Below, piece by piece: positions 1 to 9,947 of a DNA stretch of 64,000 nucleotides. The translations under genes and the position numbers were made by a program. Origin of the DNA: Nostoc sp. DedSLP01 (lineage in GTDB: Bacteria > Cyanobacteriota > Cyanobacteriia > Cyanobacteriales > Nostocaceae); contig JAVRCJ020000002.1 in NCBI GenBank assembly GCA_034530875.2, positions 160,001 to 224,000 on the forward strand, given 5' to 3'. Position 1 is the stretch's first letter. The number at the start of each line of letters is the position of its first letter. The notes beneath the pieces were generated by a model. The model was not told the DNA's origin. It made no database searches and was given only the letters and a program-made list of their open reading frames with translations.

Positions 1-1310
1 GTTTGCAGCGAATTGAGGAAGAAATCGCCAATCTGACCGAGAAGCAACACATATTTAACGACCAATGGCAAGGTGAAAAGCAGCTATTAGAAGCGATAAG
101 TGCCCTAAAGAAAGAAGAAGACGCGCTGCGAGTGCAAATCGAACAAGCAGAACGTGCTTATGACTTGAATAAAGCCGCACAGTTGAAGTATGGCAAGTTG
201 GAAGGAGTCCAACGCGATCGCGAAGCCAAAGAAGCGAAACTGTTAGAAATTCAAAGCCAAGGTTCCACTTTGCTCCGAGAGCAAGTTACTGAAGCAGATA
301 TTGCCGAAATAGTCGCCAAATGGACAGGAATTCCCGTTAATCGGCTGTTGGAATCGGAACGGCAAAAATTACTCCAACTAGAAAGTCATTTGCATCAACG
401 AGTCATCGGCCAACAAGAAGCTGTAGAAGCCGTAGCAGCCGCAATTCGTCGCGCCCGTGCGGGAATGAAAGACCCCTCGCGTCCCATTGGTTCATTTTTG
501 TTTATGGGGCCAACAGGCGTAGGTAAAACCGAACTCGCCCGTGCTTTAGCTCAATTTCTCTTTGATTCTGACGATGCATTGATCCGCCTCGATATGTCCG
601 AGTATATGGAAAAACACTCAGTTTCTCGGCTGGTGGGAGCGCCTCCTGGATACATCGGCTACGAAGAAGGCGGTCAACTTTCCGAAACAGTTCGGCGTCG
701 TCCTTACTCAGTGGTGTTGTTGGACGAAGTAGAAAAAGCACACCCCGATGTGTTTAATATTTTATTGCAGGTATTAGATGATGGCAGAATTACTGATTCT
801 CAGGGGAGAACAGTAGATTTTCGCAACACCGTCATTGTCATGACCAGTAACATTGGTAGCGAACATATATTGGATGTATCTGGTGATGATTCCAAGTATG
901 AAACCATGCGGAAGCGGGTAATGGACAACTTGCGATCGCATTTCCGCCCGGAATTCCTCAACCGCATTGACGATTTAATTCTCTTCCATACCCTCAGCCG
1001 TTCCGAAATGCGGCATATCATCCGCATCCAACTCAAACGAGTCGAAAATCTGCTCAGAGATCAAAAAATCTCCTTGGAAATCTCCCAAGGTGCCTGTGAT
1101 TACTTGGTAGAAGCAGGCTATGACCCAGTTTACGGCGCCCGCCCACTCAAACGAGCAATTCAGCGAGAAGTAGAAAACCCCTTAGCTACCAAGTTACTCG
1201 AAAATACCTTTATTTCCGGAGACACCATTCTCATCGATAAAAATGAAAACGGTCTGTCTTTCACGAAAAAAGTACCAGTAAAGGTTTCAGTGACGCAGGT
1301 TGTGACGTAG
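1..1310 (+). CDS. clpB: ATP-dependent chaperone ClpB (5'-truncated by window edge)
   Basis: Coiled-coil middle domain (AERAYDLNKAAQLKYG), second AAA+ domain with GPTGVGKT, RLDMSEYMEKHSVSRLVGAPPGY and FRPEFLNRID. Confidence 0.95.
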   Translation, partial: LQRIEEEIANLTEKQHIFNDQWQGEKQLLEAISALKKEEDALRVQIEQAERAYDLNKAAQLKYGKLEGVQRDREAKEAKLLEIQSQGSTLLREQVTEADIAEIVAKWTGIPVNRLLESERQKLLQLESHLHQRVIGQQEAVEAVAAAIRRARAGMKDPSRPIGSFLFMGPTGVGKTELARALAQFLFDSDDALIRLDMSEYMEKHSVSRLVGAPPGYIGYEEGGQLSETVRRRPYSVVLLDEVEKAHPDVFNILLQVLDDGRITDSQGRTVDFRNTVIVMTSNIGSEHILDVSGDDSKYETMRKRVMDNLRSHFRPEFLNRIDDLILFHTLSRSEMRHIIRIQLKRVENLLRDQKISLEISQGACDYLVEAGYDPVYGARPLKRAIQREVENPLATKLLENTFISGDTILIDKNENGLSFTKKVPVKVSVTQVVT

Positions 1311-1321
1311 CTCTTGAAAAA

Positions 1322-1435
1322 GGGAGTAGGGAATAGCGAATGGGGAGTGGGGGAGGCACAGAATCGAAGCGAAAAGAGTACTACAACTTCTCCCTCATTT
1401 TCCCTACTCCCTACTCCCCATTCCCCACTCCCCAT
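1322..1435. repeat. STRR-type heptamer repeats in inverted arrangement; likely bidirectional terminator hairpin
   Basis: GGGAGTA/GGGAATA/GGGAGTG run followed by complementary TACTCCC/CATTCCC run between convergent genes. Confidence 0.7.
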
Positions 1436-1439
1436 TTTT

Positions 1440-2396
1440 TCAGCAATAACCAATTAATTCATTGCCAGTCCATTCCAATGTGTCACCAATTTTTTCGCCG
1501 TCGTGGTAAGCGGCGAGTAAGATTTCGCTGGTTTTACCCCAAGCGATCGCGCCAGTTGCATCTAAGGCGATCGCTCCTAAATCCCGTTGATTTTGGTACG
1601 CTTCCTTAAAGGATCGCTCCATAGCATCCTTCAACGACAAACCATCAGTCACCCGCACCACAATCCTGGGTGCTAAACACTCATCAATAATATCTTCGCC
1701 AATACCAGTACAACTAACTCCAGCTTGTTTAGTAGCATAATTACCTGCGGGCATCGCAGAATCGCTTACCCTACCAATCCGTTCAAAGCCTTTTCCGCCA
1801 GTAGAAGTACCCGCGCTCATATTTCCAAAGGTATCTAAAGCTACTACGCCAATAGTACCGCGACCAGCATTACTCGTTTCTGCCAGTTCGGGTTCTGCGA
1901 TGACATTAGCCATCGTACTTTTAAAATTATCCTGGCGTTCTTGTATCCACTCTTGCAATCGGAGATCGGTTAAAGCGTTATAGCTGGGAATTTGCATTTC
2001 CCGGGCTAATTCAGCCGATCCAAAATCTGATAGCACTCGGTCTGGTGAGGATTGTAAAAATTGTGCCAAATCAATGGGATTTTTTACCCGCGAAATATTA
2101 ATTACACCACTGAATCGCTTTAATGCGCCATCCATTAACGAAGCACTCATACGGATTTGCCCATCGGATTGCAGTACTGAACCAGTACCAGCATTAAAGC
2201 GGGGGTTATCTTCCAGCATTTGGCAACCCTGTACAACCGCTTCACAAGCGGTTGCTCCGGATAATAGCAAAGAATAGACTTGTTCTATTACTATATGAAG
2301 CGATTGGCGTACCGCTTCCAATCCTCCTTTACCGTGGAGAGAACTACCAGCCCCACCATGAATAATTAATTTAGGTTGCACCTTTAACTCCATCAA
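1440..2396 (-). CDS. Isoaspartyl peptidase / L-asparaginase type 2 (Ntn hydrolase)
   Basis: IIHGGAG, FNAGTGS, GTIGVVALD (catalytic Thr), TSTGG and GRVSDS motifs. Confidence 0.9.
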   Translation of the reverse strand: MMELKVQPKLIIHGGAGSSLHGKGGLEAVRQSLHIVIEQVYSLLLSGATACEAVVQGCQMLEDNPRFNAGTGSVLQSDGQIRMSASLMDGALKRFSGVINISRVKNPIDLAQFLQSSPDRVLSDFGSAELAREMQIPSYNALTDLRLQEWIQERQDNFKSTMANVIAEPELAETSNAGRGTIGVVALDTFGNMSAGTSTGGKGFERIGRVSDSAMPAGNYATKQAGVSCTGIGEDIIDECLAPRIVVRVTDGLSLKDAMERSFKEAYQNQRDLGAIALDATGAIAWGKTSEILLAAYHDGEKIGDTLEWTGNELIGYC

Positions 2397-2435
2397 TTCT
2401 TTGGCCTATTTGGGTCTGTCTTGCAGTTGATTTCA

Positions 2436-2640
2436 TTGGGGATTGGGCATGGGGCATTGGGTATTGAACAAACAGGGCAAGCAAGGAGTGGCAGAGGTGG
2501 GGGAGGTGTGGGAGGTGTGGGAGGATGGGGAAGAAATCTTTCCCCCCACACTCCCCACACTCCCCACACTTCCCCATCTCCCCATCTCCCCATCTCCCCA
2601 TCTCCCAATCCCCATTCCCTAGTCCCCAGTCCCCAATCCC
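2436..2640. repeat. Cluster of short tandem repeats (STRR-like 7-9 mers), G-rich block followed by C-rich block
   Basis: TTGGGCA/TTGGGGA, GGAGGTGTG, CCCCACACT, CCCCATCT and CCCCAGT arrays. Confidence 0.85.
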
Positions 2641-2792
2641 TTGTTACCTTCAGAACGGCGACGGCGACAACGTTCTGAGCAGTATTTCACATCTTCCCAG
2701 CAATCTTGCCACTTTTTACGCCATGTAAAAGGACGTTGACATACCGGACAGATTTTTGTAGGTAGGTCAGATTTAGAACGAACACGTCCCAT
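2619..2792 (-). CDS. Small Cys-rich protein, DUF2256-like (57 aa; not in ORF track)
   Basis: Manual translation: MGRVRSKSDLPTKICPVCQRPFTWRKKWQDCWEDVKYCSERCRRRRSEG...; CxxC and YCSxRC motifs. Confidence 0.85.
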   Translation of the reverse strand: MGRVRSKSDLPTKICPVCQRPFTWRKKWQDCWEDVKYCSERCRRRRSEGNKGLGTGD

Positions 2793-3253
2793 ATAAATAC
2801 TTTTTGAATGAAAGTTTGATTTCTCAGAGGGATGGAAAATAATTATAACCAGTTTGCCACGAAGGAAGGATCTGTTGGCAAAATAAATGTGTTGTCAATC
2901 TATCGGAAGACTTATTGTTAAAATTCTAAAGAATTATAAAGCAGCGAGACCTTCTCTACGAGAGGCTACGCGAACGGTGAGCTTCGCTAACGCTGAACCT
3001 TAAGCCAGTTTTATCCATGAAGCGCATCTTTGTTGGACACTCGAAGGGTAGTTGCTGCTTAATATGAATGTTACGCTGCTAACCTTTCTGGGAAAACTAG
3101 TCTCGTTAGCAAATTATTATATTTTCTCGATTTTTATGGGAATTCCTCAAATATTTGCCTTGGCAAACTTACTGCCAGGGGTAGCGTATGAAATTAATCA
3201 TTCAGCTGTTTTGATTGCCGGAAATTTGCCAGCCACTTTAGATGAGGTGTTTC

Positions 3254-5239
3254 ATGTCGGCAGTTAGCCTTAAAAAGATTGTTAACAAAGAAGAGTTAGC
3301 ATCTCTGGTTCAGGATTTAGTATACCGACTGAACATCGCAATTGATATTGAACTGATAGACGGGACAAAGGTAACTAGTATTGGCGAGCAAACATCAGCA
3401 AATCGATATCCAATTGAAGTCTCAGGAGAAATCATCGGTTGGGTTGTTGGCAAAGAACAGGCAACTTTAGTTGCGAGTTTGCTCTCATTTTTGGCAAAAC
3501 AGGAAGTTGAGAAGAAAATACTTGCTAAAGAATTACTGGAGCGATATCAAGAAATTGATTTGTTTGACGATATCTCGACTCAATTGACAACGAGTTTAGA
3601 TAGGCGAGAGATTGCCCAACTCGTGCTTCAGGAAATGAGTCAATTGATTGAATCGTCAGCAGGCATAATTTTATTGCTGAGTCCGGATGCAGCTGAGTTT
3701 GAAATTATTGGTGAATTTGGAGGGTTTTGTGAGCAGAATCAGCTGCAACCAGGCAAGGGAATTATTGGCAGCATTGTACGAACGGGTCGAGCAGAACTAG
3801 TCAATGACGTGCAAAGCGATTCTCGATTATCGGGAGAAAAAAATGTTAATGCTCTGATTTGCGTACCTTTAAGAACAAAAGAACGCGTACTAGGAGCGAT
3901 CGCCATTGGTACAGACAAAACCGACTGCTACAAGGCCGAACACCTAAAACTCGTGAGTATCTTTGCCTCGCAAACAGCGATCGCCATCGAAAAAGCTTTG
4001 CTTTACGAACAAAGCACCCAAGCAGCCATCCAAGCAAAAGCCCAAACGCAAAAACTTCAACAAGCTCTCCAAGAGTTGCAACTGGCACAAACTCAGTTAA
4101 TCCAAAGCGAAAAAATGTCTTCTTTGGGGCAACTAATTGCCGGAGTCGCCCACGAAATTAACAACCCGGTGAACTTCATCTGCGGCAATTTGAGGTATGT
4201 TGCAGAATACGCCCAAGACTTATTACACCTGCTGCAAGACTATCAGAAATTTTTACCTGTGGCTCCACCAGATCTGCAAACAGAGCTAGACAATATTGAT
4301 GTGGAATTTATCATGCAGGATCTTCCCAAACTGCTGGATTCGATGAAATTGGGCAGCGATCGCATTGTCGAAATTGTCCAATCCCTGAAAAATTTCTCCC
4401 GCCATGATGAAGCCCAAATCAAAGCCGTCAACATCCACGATGGCATCGATGGAACGCTGATGATTCTTCGCCATCGTCTGAAAGCCTCTGGTAACCGTCC
4501 AGTAATCGAAATCGTTAAAGACTATGCCAAACTCCCCTTGATTGAATGCTATCCAGGGCAATTAAATCAAGTGTTTATGAACATTCTGGCAAATTCAATT
4601 GATGCTTTAGAAGAGGGAATGGAAAATGGGGAAGAGGACAAGGCGACCCCATTGGACTCCAATTTTCATCTCCCCATTTCCTCATCTCCCCAAATCAGCA
4701 TTCGCACCCAACTGTTGGATGACGAATGGGTGGTAATTCGCATTGCCGATAACGGGCCAGGCATGAAAGAAAAGGTCATCCAACGCATTTACGATCCCTT
4801 CTTTACTACCAAAGAGATTGGTAAAGGAACTGGATTAGGCATGGCAATCAGCCGCCAAATTGTTGTAGACAGACATCGGGGAATTCTCAAGTGTCGTTCT
4901 CACTTGGGTGAAGGCACAGAATTCTGGATTCAAATTCCGGTGAATTATTCAGCGGTAGAAACTGTAAATTCTGCTGTACCAACTTCTATGGGCGAATTAT
5001 CTTCAACTGTCGATCCTGAAGGCTTTATCCCATCGACAACACCAATGCTTAAACCGGCTGATTTGCTCATCCGCCACACTCAGCTCATCCAGCGACTTTC
5101 ACAACACAATCCAGACATTGATGCTGCACCACCAGATCAAATTTACCAGCTCTTCCAACGCCATCCGATTTCCTTAAAGCTTTACGCCACCTTATTGTCC
5201 TGGTTCTGTTGCCAGAACCCCAGCCATCTCAACCAGTGA
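3254..5239 (+). CDS. GAF-domain sensor histidine kinase
   Basis: GAF (ALICVPLRTKERVLGAI), H-box AHEINNP, N-box LNQVFMNILANS, G-boxes; start placed at MSAVSL. Confidence 0.9.
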   Translation: MSAVSLKKIVNKEELASLVQDLVYRLNIAIDIELIDGTKVTSIGEQTSANRYPIEVSGEIIGWVVGKEQATLVASLLSFLAKQEVEKKILAKELLERYQEIDLFDDISTQLTTSLDRREIAQLVLQEMSQLIESSAGIILLLSPDAAEFEIIGEFGGFCEQNQLQPGKGIIGSIVRTGRAELVNDVQSDSRLSGEKNVNALICVPLRTKERVLGAIAIGTDKTDCYKAEHLKLVSIFASQTAIAIEKALLYEQSTQAAIQAKAQTQKLQQALQELQLAQTQLIQSEKMSSLGQLIAGVAHEINNPVNFICGNLRYVAEYAQDLLHLLQDYQKFLPVAPPDLQTELDNIDVEFIMQDLPKLLDSMKLGSDRIVEIVQSLKNFSRHDEAQIKAVNIHDGIDGTLMILRHRLKASGNRPVIEIVKDYAKLPLIECYPGQLNQVFMNILANSIDALEEGMENGEEDKATPLDSNFHLPISSSPQISIRTQLLDDEWVVIRIADNGPGMKEKVIQRIYDPFFTTKEIGKGTGLGMAISRQIVVDRHRGILKCRSHLGEGTEFWIQIPVNYSAVETVNSAVPTSMGELSSTVDPEGFIPSTTPMLKPADLLIRHTQLIQRLSQHNPDIDAAPPDQIYQLFQRHPISLKLYATLLSWFCCQNPSHLNQ

Positions 5240-5252
5240 GGAAACTTCAACC

Positions 5253-8200
5253 ATGTCTAACCAACTTGATGAATATTACCATCAGCTATTTCAACAATGT
5301 CCAGTTGGTCTGGTACTGTGCCGAATGGATGGGACACTGATTGACATCAACCTTGCTTTTGCAGCGATTTTGGGGCAGACTGTCGCCCAAACTCTGAATC
5401 TCAACTACTGGCAGCTGACTTTGGCAAATTATGGTGCTGATGCAGCTATGCTAGAGAGCCTAGAACGAACTGGCCGCTATGGAGCTTGTGAGAAAGAGTA
5501 CATCCACAAAGATGGACATTTGATTCCAGTCAGGCTTTCGGCAGTGCTGGTGGAGAAAGATGGCGATCGCCTAATCTTATTAACTGTAGAGGACATTAGC
5601 GACCTCAAGTCTACCCAGCAACAATGCCAATCTGAAAAAATCTTGCAACGCAGCGAAGCACGATACCGTTCTTTGGTCACAAAAAACACGCAAATTGTTT
5701 GGGTCACCACACCAGAAGGTATTTGCTTTGAACTAGAAAGCTGGATTGCTTATACAGGTCAAAGTTTAGCAGCAGCTGAGAATGGAGGTTGGATTGACGC
5801 CGTTCATCCCGACGATCGCGCCCACACCGCCCAAGTCTGGAACTCTGCCGTCACCAACCGCAGTCTTTATCAAACTGAATACCGAATTTGCGGTCAAGAT
5901 GGTAATTATCGCTACTTTTGGGTCTGTGGTGCCCCAGTGATTGAAGAAGACGGCAGCGTTCGAGAGTGGATTGGTTCCTGCACCGATATTCACGAGCAGA
6001 AGCTGGCACAAGCCGAAAATCAGCGCATCAAAGAACGATATCGCACTCTAGTAACTACTACTTCACAAATCATCTGGGGTGCTACTCCAGAAGGGCTAGG
6101 AATCAGTAGTGAAATGCTGACTTGGATAGCCTACACAGGTCAGACGGAAGAGGAAGTAGGAGGTTGGGGTTGGTTAGATCCGATTCATCTTGACGATCGC
6201 GCCCACAGTGCAGAAGCTTGGAATAATGCTGTGGCAAACCGAGGTATCTACCAAACCGAATACCGACTCCGTGGCAAAGATGGTATATACCGTTACTTCT
6301 CGGTCTGTGGTGCCCCTGTCTTAGAACCAGATGGCAGCATCAGAGAATGGATTGGCACTTGCACCAATATTCACGATCGCAAATTAGCAGAACAAACTCT
6401 GCAACAGAGTGAAGAACGGTTTCGTTGTTTGGTGACAACTATCTCACAAATTTTCTGGGTGGCTACACCTGAGGGAGTGGGAATCCCCAGTGAAATGCTC
6501 AGCTGGATGGCGTACACTGGTCAAACTCAAGCAGAATTTGAGGGGCCGGGTTGGCTCGATGCCATTCATCCTGAAGATCGCGATCGTACAGCAGAAAGCT
6601 GGGTTGAGGGCGTGGCAAAGCGGAGTTTATATCAAACCGAATACCGCCTACGTGGTAAGGATGGCAAATACCGCCATTTTGCTGTTAATGGCACCCCCAT
6701 ATTAGAACCAGACGGCAGCATCAGAGAATGGATTGGCATCTGCACTGATATTCACGATCGCAAGCTAGCAGAAGCGGAAAATCAACGGCTGATGGATATG
6801 TTAAATCATTCCAGCGATGCCATTATCGTCCGCGATATGAACGACAAAATTTTGTACTGGAATCAAGGCGCACAAAGGCTTTACGGCTGGACGCGCGAGG
6901 AAGCAAAAGACCAATACATTTACACACTAATCGAAAAAACTTTTGCCCAACCAAAAGAAGCGATCGTTGCAGAATTATTACAGCAAGGCAATTGGGAAGG
7001 AGAAGTACAACAGATCGGCTGTAATAGTAAGCCGATTACGGTTCAAAGTCGATGGACTTTGCAACGGAGCATTTCTGGCGAACCTTGCGCTGTCCTAGAA
7101 ATTAATACTGATATCACAGCCCGCAAACAAGCAGAAATTGCTCTCAGGCAACTGAATCAAGAACTAGAAGCCAGAGTTGCAGAACGGACTGCTGCCTTAG
7201 AGAATACACTAGCAGAAGCCCAAGGTTTAAACGCCATTTTGGACAACTTAGCGGATGGTTTGTTAGTGACAGATATTACTGGACAAATTACCCACTTCAA
7301 TCCTGCGTTTTTAGCGATGTATGGATTAAAAGCCAATACCCTTAAAGGTGACTATCGGGAACTACCGATATCCGGTTTAGCAGATTTGGTGGAAAAAACC
7401 CAGTCCCATCCCAGCGAAGTGTTTGCTGCCGAAGTTTGCCTAGCAAAAGAACGTATCGGTCAAGCAGTAGCCACAGCCATCTTCAAAAGAGGGTCAGCCA
7501 ACGAAGCTGCTGCTTGCTTTGGTTCGGCGCTGCTGATTCGAGATGTAACTGCGGAAAAAGAAATCGACAAGATGAAGACGGATTTCATCTCCACAGTTTC
7601 CCACGAACTGCGGACGCCACTGACTTCTGTCCTCGGCTTTGCTTCCATCATTAAAGAAAAGTTGGAAACCGACGTCTTCCCCATGTTTACTACTGAAGAC
7701 CGCAAGCTTCAGAAAACAATCAAGCGTGTAGGTGAGAACCTTAACATTATTGTCTCTGAGGCAGAACGACTGACATCTTTGATTAACGATGTCTTAGACA
7801 TTGCCAAGATGGAAGCAGGTAAAGTTGAATGGCAAATGCAACCCCTCGATCCTAGCGAGTTACTAGATTGGGCGACTACTTCCACCTCAGCGTTATTTGA
7901 AACCAATGGCTTAGAGCTAATTACTCAGATCGAACCTGAATTACCCCAAATAGTCGGCGATCGCAACCGTCTACTCCAAGTCTTGATTAACTTGATTTCC
8001 AATGCGATCAAGTTTACCGCATCCGGTTCTATTACCTGCCGGATCCAAAAAGAGAGTAACGCTATTTGTATGAGCATCATTGACACAGGCGTTGGCATAG
8101 CACCTGAAGACCAACCGAAAGTCTTCGAGAAATTCCGGCAAGTTGGCGACACTCTCACCGACAAACCCAAAGGCACAGGCTTAGGACTGCCCATCTGCAA

Positions 8201-9002
8201 GCAAATCGTCGAACATCACGGCGGTAGAATTTGGGTCGAGAGTGAACTAGGTAAGGGTAGTACGTTTTCGTTTATTATTCCGATTTACACCAACAATCAC
8301 AAAAGCAGTGCCAAGCTGAATTTAGATACTCTGGTAAAACAACTCAAAGAACACGTCATTAGTACAAATAAGGCACCCAACGCCAACCGCAAGACCATTT
8401 TAGTGGTAGATGATGATGCCAACATTCGGGAACTGCTGCGCCAACAACTGGAAAACGAAGGCTACAACGTTCGAGAAGCCAAAGACGGTATGGATGCAAT
8501 TCATCAAATTAAAACAGTCCGTCCCGATTTGATTCTCATGGATGTGATGATGCCTCAAATCAATGGCTTCGATGTGGCAGCCGTCTTAAAAAACGATCCC
8601 CAAACCGCAGATATTCCGATTATCATTTTGTCGATTATTGAAAACAAGGAACGCGGCTACCATATTGGTATCGATCGCTATTTTACTAAGCCCATCAACA
8701 CAGAAGACCTGCTTAGCGAAATCGGCTTACTACTTACTCAAGGCACTTCCAGTAAAAAAGTATTAATTGTTGATAAAAATGCCTCAACTTTAAAAACCAT
8801 ATCCGATGTCCTACAAACTCAGGGATACAGCGTAATTGAAGCTTCTAATCCTCAAGAATGCATCAAGAAAGCTTTGTCAGTTAAACCTGATGCGATCGTT
8901 ATTGATTCTATATTCTCTCAAGAAGCTGATTTAGTCGTGAAAACATTACGTTTTGAAAAAGAATTGGAGAATGTATTCTTCATCATGCTGTCGGATCGTT
9001 AA
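5253..9002 (+). CDS. Multi-PAS hybrid sensor histidine kinase with two C-terminal receiver domains
   Basis: Three near-duplicate PAS/PAC units (W..YTGQ..GW.D.IHP.DR), further PAS domains, SHELRTPL, HATPase, REC (VVDDD, DVMMP) and a degenerate second REC. Confidence 0.92.
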   Translation: MSNQLDEYYHQLFQQCPVGLVLCRMDGTLIDINLAFAAILGQTVAQTLNLNYWQLTLANYGADAAMLESLERTGRYGACEKEYIHKDGHLIPVRLSAVLVEKDGDRLILLTVEDISDLKSTQQQCQSEKILQRSEARYRSLVTKNTQIVWVTTPEGICFELESWIAYTGQSLAAAENGGWIDAVHPDDRAHTAQVWNSAVTNRSLYQTEYRICGQDGNYRYFWVCGAPVIEEDGSVREWIGSCTDIHEQKLAQAENQRIKERYRTLVTTTSQIIWGATPEGLGISSEMLTWIAYTGQTEEEVGGWGWLDPIHLDDRAHSAEAWNNAVANRGIYQTEYRLRGKDGIYRYFSVCGAPVLEPDGSIREWIGTCTNIHDRKLAEQTLQQSEERFRCLVTTISQIFWVATPEGVGIPSEMLSWMAYTGQTQAEFEGPGWLDAIHPEDRDRTAESWVEGVAKRSLYQTEYRLRGKDGKYRHFAVNGTPILEPDGSIREWIGICTDIHDRKLAEAENQRLMDMLNHSSDAIIVRDMNDKILYWNQGAQRLYGWTREEAKDQYIYTLIEKTFAQPKEAIVAELLQQGNWEGEVQQIGCNSKPITVQSRWTLQRSISGEPCAVLEINTDITARKQAEIALRQLNQELEARVAERTAALENTLAEAQGLNAILDNLADGLLVTDITGQITHFNPAFLAMYGLKANTLKGDYRELPISGLADLVEKTQSHPSEVFAAEVCLAKERIGQAVATAIFKRGSANEAAACFGSALLIRDVTAEKEIDKMKTDFISTVSHELRTPLTSVLGFASIIKEKLETDVFPMFTTEDRKLQKTIKRVGENLNIIVSEAERLTSLINDVLDIAKMEAGKVEWQMQPLDPSELLDWATTSTSALFETNGLELITQIEPELPQIVGDRNRLLQVLINLISNAIKFTASGSITCRIQKESNAICMSIIDTGVGIAPEDQPKVFEKFRQVGDTLTDKPKGTGLGLPICKQIVEHHGGRIWVESELGKGSTFSFIIPIYTNNHKSSAKLNLDTLVKQLKEHVISTNKAPNANRKTILVVDDDANIRELLRQQLENEGYNVREAKDGMDAIHQIKTVRPDLILMDVMMPQINGFDVAAVLKNDPQTADIPIIILSIIENKERGYHIGIDRYFTKPINTEDLLSEIGLLLTQGTSSKKVLIVDKNASTLKTISDVLQTQGYSVIEASNPQECIKKALSVKPDAIVIDSIFSQEADLVVKTLRFEKELENVFFIMLSDR

Positions 9003-9166
9003 TTTAGCGAATAGGGAGTAGGGAATAGGGAAATCGGGAGACAAGAAAACAAGCTGACAAGCAGAATAATTCTTAACTCGTATACACGCAAGGGTTAATC
9101 CTGTCTCTACTCCCCACTCTCAACTCTCAACTCCCCACTCCCCACTTGCCATTCTCCAATCATCCT

Positions 9167-9544
9167 ATGACTCAAAAAATTCTAATTGTTGACGATGAAC
9201 CCAATATCTTAATTTTAATGGAACAAGCCCTAGAAGCTTTAGAAGATGAGGGGGTCGAACTTTTAACTGCTAGAAATGGTGAAGAAGCTCTCGAAATGAT
9301 TAAAACAGAAAAACCAAACTTGGTTTTTCTCGATGTGATGATGCCTAAAATGAATGGTTTGAAAGTCTGTCAAATTGTAAAACACGATCTGCAAATGACT
9401 GATACCTACATTGTGATTTTGACAGCTAAGGGACAAGAATTTGATAAACAAAAAGGAATTGAGGTTGGTGCAGACTTATATCTGACTAAACCATTTCGCC
9501 CCAAAGAAGTACTTGAAAAATCAATGGAGGTCTTGGGCTTTTAA
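9167..9544 (+). CDS. Single-domain response regulator (CheY-like)
   Basis: ILIVDDE, FLDVMMP, LTAKG and KPF motifs; ATG at 9167. Confidence 0.9.
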   Translation: MTQKILIVDDEPNILILMEQALEALEDEGVELLTARNGEEALEMIKTEKPNLVFLDVMMPKMNGLKVCQIVKHDLQMTDTYIVILTAKGQEFDKQKGIEVGADLYLTKPFRPKEVLEKSMEVLGF

Positions 9545-9721
9545 GAAAATTTTGACCAAAATTAGGCTGTAGGTGGTAGGTGTGGCAATACCGTTCTTCA
9601 TTTCCTTGCAGGGTATCGGTTTTACGTTAATTTGAGAATAGCTGTGCGCCCTGAAGTTTTTGCCAGAGACTCCATGATTTGCCCTTACAAGGAAGAATCG
9701 ATACAAAAAATCTGAGAACTC

Positions 9722-9817
9722 ATACCGTTTCACTTTAAGGTTGATATATTTAGGCAAGCAGGGGGAGCAGAGGAAGAAAGAAAAATGATTTGTATCAAGA
9801 ATTGAGTGAAATAGTAT
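9722..9817. mobile_element. Short MITE-like element with terminal inverted repeats
   Basis: ATACCGTTTCAC ... GTGAAATAGTAT; same family as the layer at 30003-30308. Confidence 0.55.
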
Positions 9818-9947
9818 CAAATAGAATTGCTCTGTTATACCATTTCACTAAAATAATAAAACAGATGTAAACCCACCAAAACCTTGCTAAGTTTTTTAAT
9901 TGCGTTAGCGAAGCGGGGCGTAGCCCATTGCGAATTGCGAATTGGTA

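Noticed and set aside
2371..2728. Several short ORFs over the G/C-rich repeat block
   Set aside because: Low-complexity translations of STRR repeats; only the DUF2256-like ORF has real motifs
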